DNA of 32,000 nucleotides from an uncultured Erysipelotrichaceae bacterium. GTDB lineage: Bacteria > Bacillota_I > Bacilli_A > Erysipelotrichales > Erysipelotrichaceae. Below the pieces are notes generated by a model. That model saw only the letters and a list, made by a program, of their open reading frames with translations. It made no database searches and was not told where the DNA came from. Made by a program: the position numbers and the translations under genes. Location: NCBI GenBank assembly GCA_942492995.1, contig OW818653.1, forward strand, positions 1,800,001-1,832,000, read 5' to 3'. Shown here one piece after another: positions 6,789 through 15,758 of this stretch (position 1 is the first letter of the stretch; each line of letters opens with the position of its first letter).

Positions 6789-7790
6789 TTAGATACCCCT
6801 CGTAGAGCTACGTACAACTAATTTAGTTGGTAAGAAAATACAATAAATATTTTTATCTTTATTCAAAATCATTTCCAAGATACGTTTAACAGCTGTCTTT
6901 CCAATCTCATCACTCGGTACATCAATTGTAGTAAGTGGGGGGATTAGATAAGACGAGAACTTTAGATTATTAAACCCTACTACCGCAATATCCTCAGGAC
7001 ATCTCAAATTATTTCGATGTATTTGTCCAATAACGATTTGCGCTAAAGAATCACTCCCCGCGAATATAACATCAGGTCGATTAGGAGATAGAATCAACTC
7101 ATTCGTTTGTTCAGCACATTTCTCAAGATCCCAAAAGCAATCTTTAATAATCGACGCATCATATTCGATGTTTTCTCTACGAAGACATTCACGATACATG
7201 ATTAAACGTTTTGTATCAAGCATGTCAATGTTTGGAGCACCTCCACCGATATACGCTATCCGTCTGTAATTTTGATTGAGTAAATGACGCATAATCTGCT
7301 TAGTAGAATCAAAATGATCAAAACCAACCGAATTGAACATATTTTGATAATTATCAATCGTAAGAATATGTTTAACATGAAGTTTTAGATCTTCAACAAT
7401 ATGCATTGGTAACATTTCCATTATAATAATTCCATCCAACTTCATTTCATGTAATTCAGCTAATTTCGAAGGTTTTTCTAATTCATCATAGTTAATTAAA
7501 TAGGACAAGCTACAATTGTTTTTCTTAATTTCATTTTCAATCGCAGAAACCATATTCATAAAGTAAGGATCAGAATACTTAACAGCAGTCATGGCCATAA
7601 TACAACCAATCTTTATTTGTTTCTCATTCTTGTTTTTCTTAGTAATCGAATAGTTTAAATCCTTTACCGCTTTAAAAATTGTTTCTTTTGTACTATCAGG
7701 AACCTTAAAGCTCTCATCATTCGACAGTACTCTAGAAACGGTTGTGATTGAAGTACCGGCTTTTTTTGCGACATCACGAATATTTGACAT
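6789..7790 (-). CDS. LacI-family transcriptional regulator
   Basis: MSNIRDVAKKAGTSITTVSRVLSN HTH followed by a periplasmic-binding-protein-like sugar-binding core. I place the start at the ATG at 7790 (GAGGA SD 9 nt upstream), not at the 24-codon-longer ORF start at 7862. Confidence 0.9.
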   Translation of the reverse strand: MSNIRDVAKKAGTSITTVSRVLSNDESFKVPDSTKETIFKAVKDLNYSITKKNKNEKQIKIGCIMAMTAVKYSDPYFMNMVSAIENEIKKNNCSLSYLINYDELEKPSKLAELHEMKLDGIIIMEMLPMHIVEDLKLHVKHILTIDNYQNMFNSVGFDHFDSTKQIMRHLLNQNYRRIAYIGGGAPNIDMLDTKRLIMYRECLRRENIEYDASIIKDCFWDLEKCAEQTNELILSPNRPDVIFAGSDSLAQIVIGQIHRNNLRCPEDIAVVGFNNLKFSSYLIPPLTTIDVPSDEIGKTAVKRILEMILNKDKNIYCIFLPTKLVVRSSTRGI

Positions 7791-7809
7791 AGTTTGTATC
7801 CTCAGTATA

Positions 7810-7822
7810 TGTTTACTAAACA
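7810..7822. promoter_or_regulatory. 13-bp palindrome TGTTTACTAAACA (operator candidate, copy 1)
   Basis: A perfect palindrome about a central base, 20 nt upstream of the LacI start. An identical palindrome is repeated at 7929-7941. Confidence 0.5.
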
Positions 7823-7863
7823 AATTATAGTATAAATTTATCAAATAATCAATAAAAATCAAA

Positions 7864-7877
7864 TGAAAGCCTTTACA
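7864..7877. promoter_or_regulatory. cre-like / LacI-type operator TGAAAGCCTTTACA
   Basis: Matches the CcpA cre pattern TGWNANCGNTNWCA at 13 of 14 positions (C instead of G at the centre) and is nearly palindromic. A weaker second site, TGAACGCGTAAACA, lies at 7908-7921. Confidence 0.4.
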
Positions 7878-7928
7878 TCCTATTTTTACTGTTCTACAAT
7901 TGATTTATGAACGCGTAAACATTAAAAG

Positions 7929-7941
7929 TGTTTAGTAAACA
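7929..7941. promoter_or_regulatory. 13-bp palindrome TGTTTAGTAAACA (operator candidate, copy 2)
   Basis: Same half-sites as 7810-7822. It directly abuts the AAGAGG SD of the GH4 gene. Confidence 0.5.
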
Positions 7942-7952
7942 AGAGGTTAACT

Positions 7953-9281
7953 ATGAGAAAGAAGTTTGTATTTATCGGAGCTGGTTCATTAGATTTCACG
8001 AGATACTTAGTACGAGATATTTTGACATTTGAGAAATTTAATGACTGTGAAATTAGTTTAGTTGATATTAATGAGAAACGATTAGCGTATGCTTACCAAG
8101 GAATTATGAAAATAATCGAAAAAGGTAATTATAAAGCAACTGTATCACTTACAACGAACAGAAGAGAAGCTTTAGTTGGGGCAGATGGTGTTGTTATAAC
8201 GATTCTACAAGGTGGTGTTGAAGTTTGGAGACATGATATTGAGATCCCTAAAAAATACGGAGTAGATATAAATGTTGGCGATACAAGAGGACCATCCGGT
8301 ATATTTAGATTTTTAAGAACAGCACCTGTCATGTTAGACATAATTAGAGATGTGGAAGAATTATGCCCACACGCAATTGTTCTAAATTACTCTAATCCAA
8401 TGGCGATGTTAGTAAGCTTTATGCAAAAACAAACAAAAGTGAATGTTACTGGTTTGTGCCATAGTGTACAAGGTACTGCAGAAATGTTAGCTGGATGGAT
8501 TGGTGCAGATATCAAAGATATTAAATATGTTTGTGCTGGGATCAATCACCAAGCATTCTATACAGAATATAAGTGGAAAGGTGAAGACGCAATTCCATTA
8601 TTAAAAGAAGCTATTTTAAGAGAAGAAGTCGCAAATGAAGAACCAGTTCGAATTGAGATGTTTAGACATTTAGGATATTTCCCTACAGAGTCGAGTGGTC
8701 ACAATTCTGAATACAATCAATGGTTTAGAAAACGTCCTGATTTAATCGAAAAATATTGTACGTTTGGTACAGGTTGGAATCCAGGCGAATATGCCTATAT
8801 TCTTAACGAATATCTTGAAAGAGAATCAACTTGGGAAAAAGAATATAAAGAATGGTTAGAAAACGGTGATATCGAACTCGAACGTGGTGAAGAATACGCT
8901 TCAAATATCTTCAACGCAATGCTTGGGGATAACACTCCATTCTTCTTTAATGGAAACTTACAAAATAAAGGTTATATTTCGAATGTTAGAGAAAATGCCT
9001 GTGTAGAAGTTCCTGTTGTAGCAACTGAATTGGGAATCCATTCAATCATGCCTGTTACATTGCCTGAACATTTAGCACTTATGGTAGATCATTCTGCTCG
9101 AATCGAAGAACTAGCAGTACAAGCCGCAATAACAGGCGATCCACTAAAAGTTTTCCATGCCATCTTATTTGATCCATTAACATCAAGTGTTCTAAGTATG
9201 CAAGAAATAAAAGATATGGTTCAGGAGATGCTGAACAAAAATGCAAAATATTTGAGTTATTTTAAATCATTAGAAATTTAG
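7953..9281 (+). CDS. Glycoside hydrolase family 4 (NAD+/Mn2+-dependent) alpha-glycosidase, MelA/AglA/LplD type
   Basis: FVFIGAGSLDFTR Rossmann start, NYSNPMAMLV, and the GLCHSVQGTAEML signature with the catalytic Cys. Confidence 0.88.
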   Translation: MRKKFVFIGAGSLDFTRYLVRDILTFEKFNDCEISLVDINEKRLAYAYQGIMKIIEKGNYKATVSLTTNRREALVGADGVVITILQGGVEVWRHDIEIPKKYGVDINVGDTRGPSGIFRFLRTAPVMLDIIRDVEELCPHAIVLNYSNPMAMLVSFMQKQTKVNVTGLCHSVQGTAEMLAGWIGADIKDIKYVCAGINHQAFYTEYKWKGEDAIPLLKEAILREEVANEEPVRIEMFRHLGYFPTESSGHNSEYNQWFRKRPDLIEKYCTFGTGWNPGEYAYILNEYLERESTWEKEYKEWLENGDIELERGEEYASNIFNAMLGDNTPFFFNGNLQNKGYISNVRENACVEVPVVATELGIHSIMPVTLPEHLALMVDHSARIEELAVQAAITGDPLKVFHAILFDPLTSSVLSMQEIKDMVQEMLNKNAKYLSYFKSLEI

Positions 9282-9333
9282 ATTACTTTACCAAAGTCTA
9301 TTACGCATTAAAATGCGTTGAAAGGAAATATGA

Positions 9334-10611
9334 ATGAAGAAATTAGTATTAATAATGATTAGTTTGTTTATGCTTACGTCTTTGGTCGGTTGCTCTGGTA
9401 GTGATACTAGCGATTCTGAGACAATCAAGTTGACCTTCTGGGGTCATCAAAATGAAGCATGGAATGAATCCTATCGTCAAATAGGTGATAGTTTCATGGC
9501 TGAAAATCCTGGTATTGAGATTACGTTTGAATTCTTCCCTTATGATCAATTTGAATCTAAGGTACAAACTTCTCTAATTTCGAAAGAAGGCGGAGCTGAT
9601 ATGTACGAAATGTGGGGAGGCTGGGGTGTTGATTTTGCGTCAACTGGTGCTCTAGCACAGATGCCTGATACGTTAGCACAAGATGTTATTGCTAATGTTT
9701 ATCCATCAACAATTGGTGCACTAATGTTTGATGGCAAATTATACGGACTTCCACTTGAATTTAATATCGAAAACGGTGGATTACTCGTAAATAATCAATT
9801 ACTTCAAGACAACAATATTGAAATTCCAACAACATGGGATCAACTTGTAGATGCTGGTAGTAAGTTAACAAAAGTTGAAGATGGAATAATTACACAAAAA
9901 GGCTTTGATTTCGTTAACTGGGATTCAGTTCCATACTTATTCTTATCTATGATTCTATCAACAGGTGGTGAATATCTTGATGAAAACGGTAAGTTCACTT
10001 TACAAACACCTCAAGCAAAAGTTGCGTTACAAGAACTCTATGATATGGTAGTAGTTGATAAAGTAACTGATTTAGAAGGTTTAGTTGGTGGTGGCGATCT
10101 TGAAGGATACCAACAACTATACGCAGGACGTAATGCGCTTGTACCTCGCGGACCATGGGTTATTTCTGAAGGTGAAGGAAGCTTTGGACTTGAATATGGA
10201 GTTGACTTTGATTATGTAGCAATGCCATGGTTCGGTGATAAAGTTGCGTTCGCAGCTGAAACAGGATGGGCACTTAGTGTAAATGGTTCATCTGAACAAC
10301 AAGAAGCAGCATACAAATTCCTAGAATATTTCTATCAAGATGAAAATCTTTTAGCACACAATGTTGCGGCTACTCAAATTCCTGCAAAAATTAGTGTTGC
10401 TCAAGATCCTGAATTGATAAATTTAATGCCATTCGCAAAACCGTTAGTTGGAATTTTGGATGATGCTCAATTCATCGGTTATTTCAATACGGACCAATTT
10501 AAAGAAGCAGTTAATAATATGTTTGTAGATTTAGTTATGGGAACTATTCCTTCTGTTGATGAAGCACTCGTTTCATTAGAAGATCATTTAAATACAAATG
10601 TAGTTAAGTAA
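9334..10611 (+). CDS. ABC sugar transporter, extracellular solute-binding lipoprotein
   Basis: Signal peptide with lipobox LTSLVGC-SG, and a family-1 SBP-like sequence (TFWGHQNEAW..., YEMWGGWG). Confidence 0.88.
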   Translation: MKKLVLIMISLFMLTSLVGCSGSDTSDSETIKLTFWGHQNEAWNESYRQIGDSFMAENPGIEITFEFFPYDQFESKVQTSLISKEGGADMYEMWGGWGVDFASTGALAQMPDTLAQDVIANVYPSTIGALMFDGKLYGLPLEFNIENGGLLVNNQLLQDNNIEIPTTWDQLVDAGSKLTKVEDGIITQKGFDFVNWDSVPYLFLSMILSTGGEYLDENGKFTLQTPQAKVALQELYDMVVVDKVTDLEGLVGGGDLEGYQQLYAGRNALVPRGPWVISEGEGSFGLEYGVDFDYVAMPWFGDKVAFAAETGWALSVNGSSEQQEAAYKFLEYFYQDENLLAHNVAATQIPAKISVAQDPELINLMPFAKPLVGILDDAQFIGYFNTDQFKEAVNNMFVDLVMGTIPSVDEALVSLEDHLNTNVVK

Positions 10612-10616
10612 TGATT

Positions 10617-10653
10617 AGAGGATGGATAGCATTATCTACCCATCCTCTTTTTT
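10617..10653 (+). terminator. Intra-operon attenuator/terminator after the binding-protein gene
   Basis: 9-bp stem agaggatgg / ccatcctct with a 14-nt loop, followed by a T-run (10649-10653). Confidence 0.55.
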
Positions 10654-10674
10654 CTAAATAAGGAAGTTCAAAGA

Positions 10675-11550
10675 ATGAAAAATAAAAAATTTATACTATT
10701 TGTCTTAATACCAATCTTTATGCATGTATTGTTATTTAATGTTGGTCCAATTCTAGCGGGATTTGGTATTTCGATGATGGATTATAATCCATTAAGAGAC
10801 TCAAACTCTTTTGTTGGTTTAAACAATTTTAAGCAATTAATGAATGATAAGGTTTTATTAAAAGCTCTATTAAACACATTAACGTTTGTTGGAGTAACTG
10901 TTATTCTAAATATCGTCTTTTCGTTGATGATTGCTCAATTTATTAGTATGTTCAAATCAAATAAAATTAGAAGCTTTTTCCGGATGGCATTCTTCCTACC
11001 TTGTGTTGCGCCATTAGTAGCTTCAAGTGTAGTCTGGTCAAGAAGTATTTATCCAACCGTGACAGGACTTGCCAATATGATTTTAAAATTTGTTGGAGTA
11101 AATCCTGTAAATTGGCTTGGAGATCCTAGTGTTCTAATGTGGTCAATTATTGTATTTACGATTTGGGTTGATATTGGATATAACATAATCCTATTTAGTG
11201 CTGGAATTGATGCTATACCAACTAATTTCTATGAAGCTGCTGAAATGGATGGAGCATCTTCATGGCATAAGTTCAGACATATAACACTACCTTTACTTGG
11301 TAGAACAATGACGTTTGTTATCATAATGACGTTAATAAGCCATTTCCAAATGTTTGCACAGTTCTCTGTTATGGTGTTGAAATCTGGTCCACAAAACTCC
11401 GGACTCGTATTAACAAGCTACATCTATAAAATTGCATTTGAATTAAAAGATATGGGATATGCTTCAGCTGTTGCGGTACTGTTATTCGTAATAATATTTA
11501 TCATTACAATTATTCAACAGAAAATTCAGAAAGTTGATTGGGATTATTAA
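10675..11550 (+). CDS. ABC sugar transporter permease (MalF/UgpA-like)
   Basis: Six predicted TM segments and the EAA-type loop YEAAEMDGASSWHKFRHITLPLL. Confidence 0.88.
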   Translation: MKNKKFILFVLIPIFMHVLLFNVGPILAGFGISMMDYNPLRDSNSFVGLNNFKQLMNDKVLLKALLNTLTFVGVTVILNIVFSLMIAQFISMFKSNKIRSFFRMAFFLPCVAPLVASSVVWSRSIYPTVTGLANMILKFVGVNPVNWLGDPSVLMWSIIVFTIWVDIGYNIILFSAGIDAIPTNFYEAAEMDGASSWHKFRHITLPLLGRTMTFVIIMTLISHFQMFAQFSVMVLKSGPQNSGLVLTSYIYKIAFELKDMGYASAVAVLLFVIIFIITIIQQKIQKVDWDY

Positions 11551-12385
11551 AGTGAAAAAGACAGAAAAGAAAATAAAACCGATTTATATCATTATTTTTA
11601 TTGGCTTATTCTTAATTTCACTCTTTATGATCTTACCGTTCTTTTGGATGCTATCGAACTCATTAAAGAGCACAAAAGAAATACTAATCGATCCAAAACA
11701 CTTAATTCCAGTAAATTTTACTCTATCAGGATACGTAAAAGTACTATCTAAATCGCCATTCTTTTATTGGTTACGAAATAGTTTATTTATTACGATAACC
11801 AATACTTCAGTTATTTTACTAACAAGTACGTTAGTTGGATTTGTATTTTCAAAGTTCGAATTTAAATTTAAGAAAGTATTGTTCTTGATTGTACTAGCGA
11901 CAATGATGGTACCAACCCATACAACAATGATTCCAGGCTTCTTACTTATAAATGCATTAGGTTTGTATAACACATCTGCAGCTTTGATAATACCTTCGTT
12001 TGTTAACGCATTTGGTATATTTCTCAGTAAACAAGCATGTGATGACATACCGAATGAATTAATTGAAGCAGCTCGCATGGAAGGGGCAAGTAATTGGAGC
12101 ATTTACACAAAAATTGTATTGCCATTATTAAAACCAACCATTGGAGCTTTAACGATATTTACATTCTTGAATTATTGGAATGATTATTTAAATCCACTAA
12201 TCATGATTAATGACATAAAGAAAATGACACTTCCTCTAGCTTTATCTTATTTCTCATCTCAACATACAGCTGATTTATCCGCAACGATGGCAGCTTCCGC
12301 ATTAATTATGATGCCAGTAGTAATTGTTTTCTTACTCTTCCAAAAGCAGTTTATTAAAGGAATTGCGACGACAGGAATGAAGTAA
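11534..12385 (+). CDS. ABC sugar transporter permease (MalG/UgpE-like)
   Basis: EAA loop IEAARMEGASNWSIYTKIVLPLLKP and multiple TM helices. The start is uncertain: TTG at 11534 or GTG at 11552, neither with a clear SD. Confidence 0.85.
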   Translation: MIGIIKVKKTEKKIKPIYIIIFIGLFLISLFMILPFFWMLSNSLKSTKEILIDPKHLIPVNFTLSGYVKVLSKSPFFYWLRNSLFITITNTSVILLTSTLVGFVFSKFEFKFKKVLFLIVLATMMVPTHTTMIPGFLLINALGLYNTSAALIIPSFVNAFGIFLSKQACDDIPNELIEAARMEGASNWSIYTKIVLPLLKPTIGALTIFTFLNYWNDYLNPLIMINDIKKMTLPLALSYFSSQHTADLSATMAASALIMMPVVIVFLLFQKQFIKGIATTGMK

Positions 12386-13443
12386 TGAAAGATTTATTAT
12401 TAAGTGGATATAAACCAATTTCGCAATGCGTTACGCATCAATCAAAACTTGAAAAGGCAAAATTTAACGTAATCGATATTCATGAACATTTAGGGAAATT
12501 AGTGCTTGGTAATGACTATAAATCTCAATACAATTTAAATGATTTCGAATCAGAATTAGATCGTTTAAATATTCGACATATCGTAAATTTAGATGGTGTT
12601 TGGGGTAAAGAAATGATTGAGATGATTGAACATACACATTCAATCAATCATCGCATATCTACATTTGTTTGGATTGATGTTTCGAAAATTGATGATATTG
12701 ATTTTGATCAACAAATTAGAACACACATATATGACGCTTATCATAAAGGTGTGCGTGGAATAAAAATGTGGAAAGTTATTAGTTTGAATCAAAAGGACAA
12801 ATCCGGGAATTACATTCGAACAGATGATCAACGATTAGATGTTGTTTATAAATGTGCAGCGGAATTAAATATACCAGTTCTAATCCATATAGCAGATCCA
12901 ATAGCGTTTTTTCAACCTATAGATGAATCTAATGAACGATACGAAGAATTAATAGAAAACCCTGACTGGTCATTTGGTAAAGAAGGTCAATTTAGTTTTG
13001 AAGAATTAATGGAAATGCAAGATTCTATGATTATGAAGAATCCTAAAACGAAATTCATTGTGGCACATTTTGGATCATATGCTGAGAATTTAAGCCATGT
13101 CGCAGAACGTTTAGAACAATTTCCCAATATGTATATTGATATGGCCGCAAGAATTGCGGAACTAGGAAGAGTGCCTTATTCTAGTCGAGCCTTTTTTATA
13201 AAGTATTCAAATCGTATTTTATATGGTACGGATTGTACGCCATTGAATTTAAATCAACATAAACAATACTTTCGGTTTCTGGAAACGTTTGACGAATATT
13301 TCGACTATCAAGAAGAAGGCGAACAACCAGGTCAAGGTCGTTGGAAAATATATGGGATTGGTTTACCTGATGAAGTTTTAAAAGATGTTTATTATCGAAA
13401 TGCATGTAAATTGTTAAACCTTGATATTAAGTTATTTGAATAA
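12385..13443 (+). CDS. Amidohydrolase_2-type metal-dependent TIM-barrel hydrolase
   Basis: Metal-ligand pattern IDIHEHLG ... LIHIADP ... VAHFG ... LYGTDC. Its ATG overlaps the upstream stop (TAATG). Confidence 0.7.
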   Translation: MKDLLLSGYKPISQCVTHQSKLEKAKFNVIDIHEHLGKLVLGNDYKSQYNLNDFESELDRLNIRHIVNLDGVWGKEMIEMIEHTHSINHRISTFVWIDVSKIDDIDFDQQIRTHIYDAYHKGVRGIKMWKVISLNQKDKSGNYIRTDDQRLDVVYKCAAELNIPVLIHIADPIAFFQPIDESNERYEELIENPDWSFGKEGQFSFEELMEMQDSMIMKNPKTKFIVAHFGSYAENLSHVAERLEQFPNMYIDMAARIAELGRVPYSSRAFFIKYSNRILYGTDCTPLNLNQHKQYFRFLETFDEYFDYQEEGEQPGQGRWKIYGIGLPDEVLKDVYYRNACKLLNLDIKLFE

Positions 13444-13477
13444 CAGATTGGCTTAATTAAGCAGAAAGAAATAAGAT

Positions 13478-14632
13478 ATGTACTTAAATATTGAAGAAGA
13501 TTTATTAAGAAAGAATCTTGCGTATCATACTGCTAGGGAAATATCTCAACAGCCTTTCACGTGGATTGAAACGTTGAATCTCGTTCAATCCATGAAGAAT
13601 AAGATTAGTGATTTCTTACGTGAATTAGGTAGAAGAGGAAGCTATGATATTGTTTTTATGGGAGCTGGAACAAGTGAGTATATTGGGAACACACTCGTCT
13701 ATTATTTTAATAAGATAAGTAATTTTAACGCACGTAGTGTTGCGTCAACTGACATGATTCTTAATCCTGAACTTTACATTAATAAAAAGAAAAAGACATT
13801 ATTCATATCGTATGGACGAAGTGGTAATTCTCCTGAATCAGTTGGAGCAGTACAAGCTGTAAACGAAGTAACAGAAAATGCATTACATTTATTCATTACA
13901 TGTAATAAAGAAGGTGCATTAGCGAAATTTGCGTATCATGATGATAGAGTTTTAGCGATTGAATTACCAGATGAAACAAATGACATTGGGTTTGCGATGA
14001 CTTCAAGCTTTACGAATATGTTATTAGCGACGATTCTTTGTTTTAACTTAGATAATTTAGAATCATACGTTAAAAAAGTATACGAACTTTCTAAATCGGT
14101 CGAACGGGATATAAACTCAAACGCAACACAAATTCAGTCTATGATTGAAGAGTTTAAGTTCGAAAGAATCATATATCTTGGATCGCAATGTATGAAGGGT
14201 TTTGCTCAAGAAAGTGCATTAAAGGTGCTTGAATTAACACAAGGAAGAATTCCAACTCTTTACGATACATTAACAGGATTCAGACATGGACCGAAATCAT
14301 TAATAAATCAAAGAACACTTATTGTAATCTACTTGAGTGACAACGATTTGACTCGGAAATACGAATTAGACTTAGTACAAGAATTAAAGAACCAACAAAA
14401 TGGGTATAAAATTCTGCTTATAAGCCATAAACAAGTTGAATGTGAAACGGATTATTCAATCAAATGTACATATAATGATTTACCAATGGAACTTGCTGGG
14501 TTAAAGATGATTGTGATTGCGCAAATAATCGCATTCTTTAAATCTCTTTCTTTAGGAATTACTGTCGATAATCCATGTCCAACCGGTGAATTGAATCGAG
14601 TAGTAAAAGGTGTAACGATATATCCAATCTAA
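13478..14632 (+). CDS. Double-SIS sugar-phosphate isomerase/deaminase, AgaS-like
   Basis: The 384-aa length and FMGAGTSEYIG and SYGRSGNSPES motifs in SIS domain 1, plus a second SIS domain (YLGSQCMKGFAQESALKVLE), resemble AgaS and GlmS-C-terminal-like enzymes. Confidence 0.75.
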   Translation: MYLNIEEDLLRKNLAYHTAREISQQPFTWIETLNLVQSMKNKISDFLRELGRRGSYDIVFMGAGTSEYIGNTLVYYFNKISNFNARSVASTDMILNPELYINKKKKTLFISYGRSGNSPESVGAVQAVNEVTENALHLFITCNKEGALAKFAYHDDRVLAIELPDETNDIGFAMTSSFTNMLLATILCFNLDNLESYVKKVYELSKSVERDINSNATQIQSMIEEFKFERIIYLGSQCMKGFAQESALKVLELTQGRIPTLYDTLTGFRHGPKSLINQRTLIVIYLSDNDLTRKYELDLVQELKNQQNGYKILLISHKQVECETDYSIKCTYNDLPMELAGLKMIVIAQIIAFFKSLSLGITVDNPCPTGELNRVVKGVTIYPI

Positions 14633-14650
14633 ATTGAATCAACACAAAAT

Positions 14651-14683
14651 AAAAACTGAACTCTTAATTTAAGTTCAGTTTTT
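14651..14683. terminator. Bidirectional rho-independent terminator between convergent genes
   Basis: Perfect 12-bp stem aaaaactgaact / agttcagttttt with a 9-nt loop. A-runs and T-runs flank it on both sides. Confidence 0.8.
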
Positions 14684-14704
14684 ATTTGTTAATTATTTAT
14701 TTAA

Positions 14705-15265
14705 TTACTTACTAAGTGAGAATCCACCAGTCCATCCAATAAGCTCACGGATAGCTAATGTAATCTGTAAGAAACCAAGTGCTTCAAGTTCTCTAGCACG
14801 CTTCAATGATCCAGCATCCACGACATTCAATCCACTACCATCAAGTGCAGATGTTAATGTATTCTTCGCATCAGAATCATTTGACGCTAATAGAACAGTT
14901 GTAGCCGCATCACCTGCTAATGTATACGCAAAGTTCGTGTTAAATCCTTTCACGACAACTGCTGTAGGTACAGCCTTCGCAATCACTTCAGCCGCAGAAC
15001 TATCTGCAGGAACAGCCAATCCATCCATTGTCGCAAAGTCTACAGGGTTAGTAATATCGACAATGATCTTACCTGCTAATTCAGCTTTATGTGCTTCAAG
15101 GACTGACGCAACTGCACCATATGGAATCGCTAATACAACGATATCCCCTAATGTACCAACGGTATCCTTAGAACCGAATAGTTCTACTGTATTCCCTGCC
15201 TTAACGAATCGTTCTGCGATAACCTTAGCCATATTGCCTTTACCGAAGATTGTTATGTTTTTCAT
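14705..15265 (-). CDS. NAD(P)-binding oxidoreductase, NADPH-dependent F420-reductase-like (NpdG family)
   Basis: ITIFGKGNMAKVIAERFVKAGNTVELFG Rossmann motif in a 186-aa protein. It is divergently paired with an HxlR regulator, a common arrangement. Confidence 0.65.
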   Translation of the reverse strand: MKNITIFGKGNMAKVIAERFVKAGNTVELFGSKDTVGTLGDIVVLAIPYGAVASVLEAHKAELAGKIIVDITNPVDFATMDGLAVPADSSAAEVIAKAVPTAVVVKGFNTNFAYTLAGDAATTVLLASNDSDAKNTLTSALDGSGLNVVDAGSLKRARELEALGFLQITLAIRELIGWTGGFSLSK

Positions 15266-15401
15266 TTTATAATACCTCTTTCTTTAAGGATGCTTGTATA
15301 TTTGTATGCATCTGCTATAATAATAATAGTACACAACAAATAGTAAAGTACGCACTATAAAGTATTATAGTATCTAAAAAGATACTAAGGAGATAAGAAC
15401 G

Positions 15402-15737
15402 ATGATTATTGAAGAACATGAATATCTAGAATGTCCTGTAGAAGTGACATTAAATCTATTATCCAGTAAATGGAAGGCATTGATTATACGTGAACTCTTA
15501 ACAGGCACTAAACGTTTCAGTGAAATGAAAAGAATGTTGCCGGGAGTAACCCAAAAGATGTTAACCCAGAGTTTAAGAGGACTCGAAGAAGATGGCTTAA
15601 TTGAACGAACTGTATATCCAGTAGTTCCTCCTAAAGTTGAATACAATTTATCTGAACTAGGGACGACATTATCACCTGTTATTGACGCAATGCGTAGTTT
15701 TGGTACACAATATCGTCAGAATGGTTTACGTAAATAA
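15402..15737 (+). CDS. HxlR-family winged-helix transcriptional regulator
   Basis: CPVEVTLNLLSSKWKALIIRELLTGTKRFSEMKRMLPGVTQKMLTQSLRGLEEDGLIERTVYPVVPPKVEYNLSELG is a near-textbook HxlR domain. Confidence 0.92.
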   Translation: MIIEEHEYLECPVEVTLNLLSSKWKALIIRELLTGTKRFSEMKRMLPGVTQKMLTQSLRGLEEDGLIERTVYPVVPPKVEYNLSELGTTLSPVIDAMRSFGTQYRQNGLRK

Positions 15738-15758
15738 AATATAAATAAGGAGTTCATT

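Noticed and set aside
6789-7862. Long form of the LacI ORF with a 24-codon N-terminal extension (MIFIDYLINLYYNLF...)
   Set aside because: The HTH begins right after the internal Met (MSNIRDVAKKAG...), which has a GAGGA SD. The extension would run through the operator and promoter region. Similar N-terminal extensions were trimmed for 20872-22329, 23233-23706, 26778-27608, 27676-28749 and 17479-18804.
9303-9318. Small hairpin acgcat-taaa-atgcgt between the GH4 and SBP genes, considered as a terminator or riboswitch
   Set aside because: The stem is only 6 bp with no U-run, and the region is too short for a known riboswitch. At most it is an mRNA stability element.
5817-14900. Reading the 9-kb sugar locus as a bona fide integrative element, with attL and attR formed by the duplicated reductase 3' end
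   Set aside because: No integrase, recombinase, excisionase or transfer genes lie between the repeats. The copies are only about 90% identical, with a deletion. I keep it as a recombination scar (see findings), not a mobile-element call.
14937-15272. 111-aa plus-strand ORF antisense to the reductase gene, and the 90-aa ORF at 15374-15646 antisense to hxlR
   Set aside because: Both are fully nested opposite genes with strong family motifs. Their products are Ala/Thr/Ser-rich, mirror-image codon artefacts.
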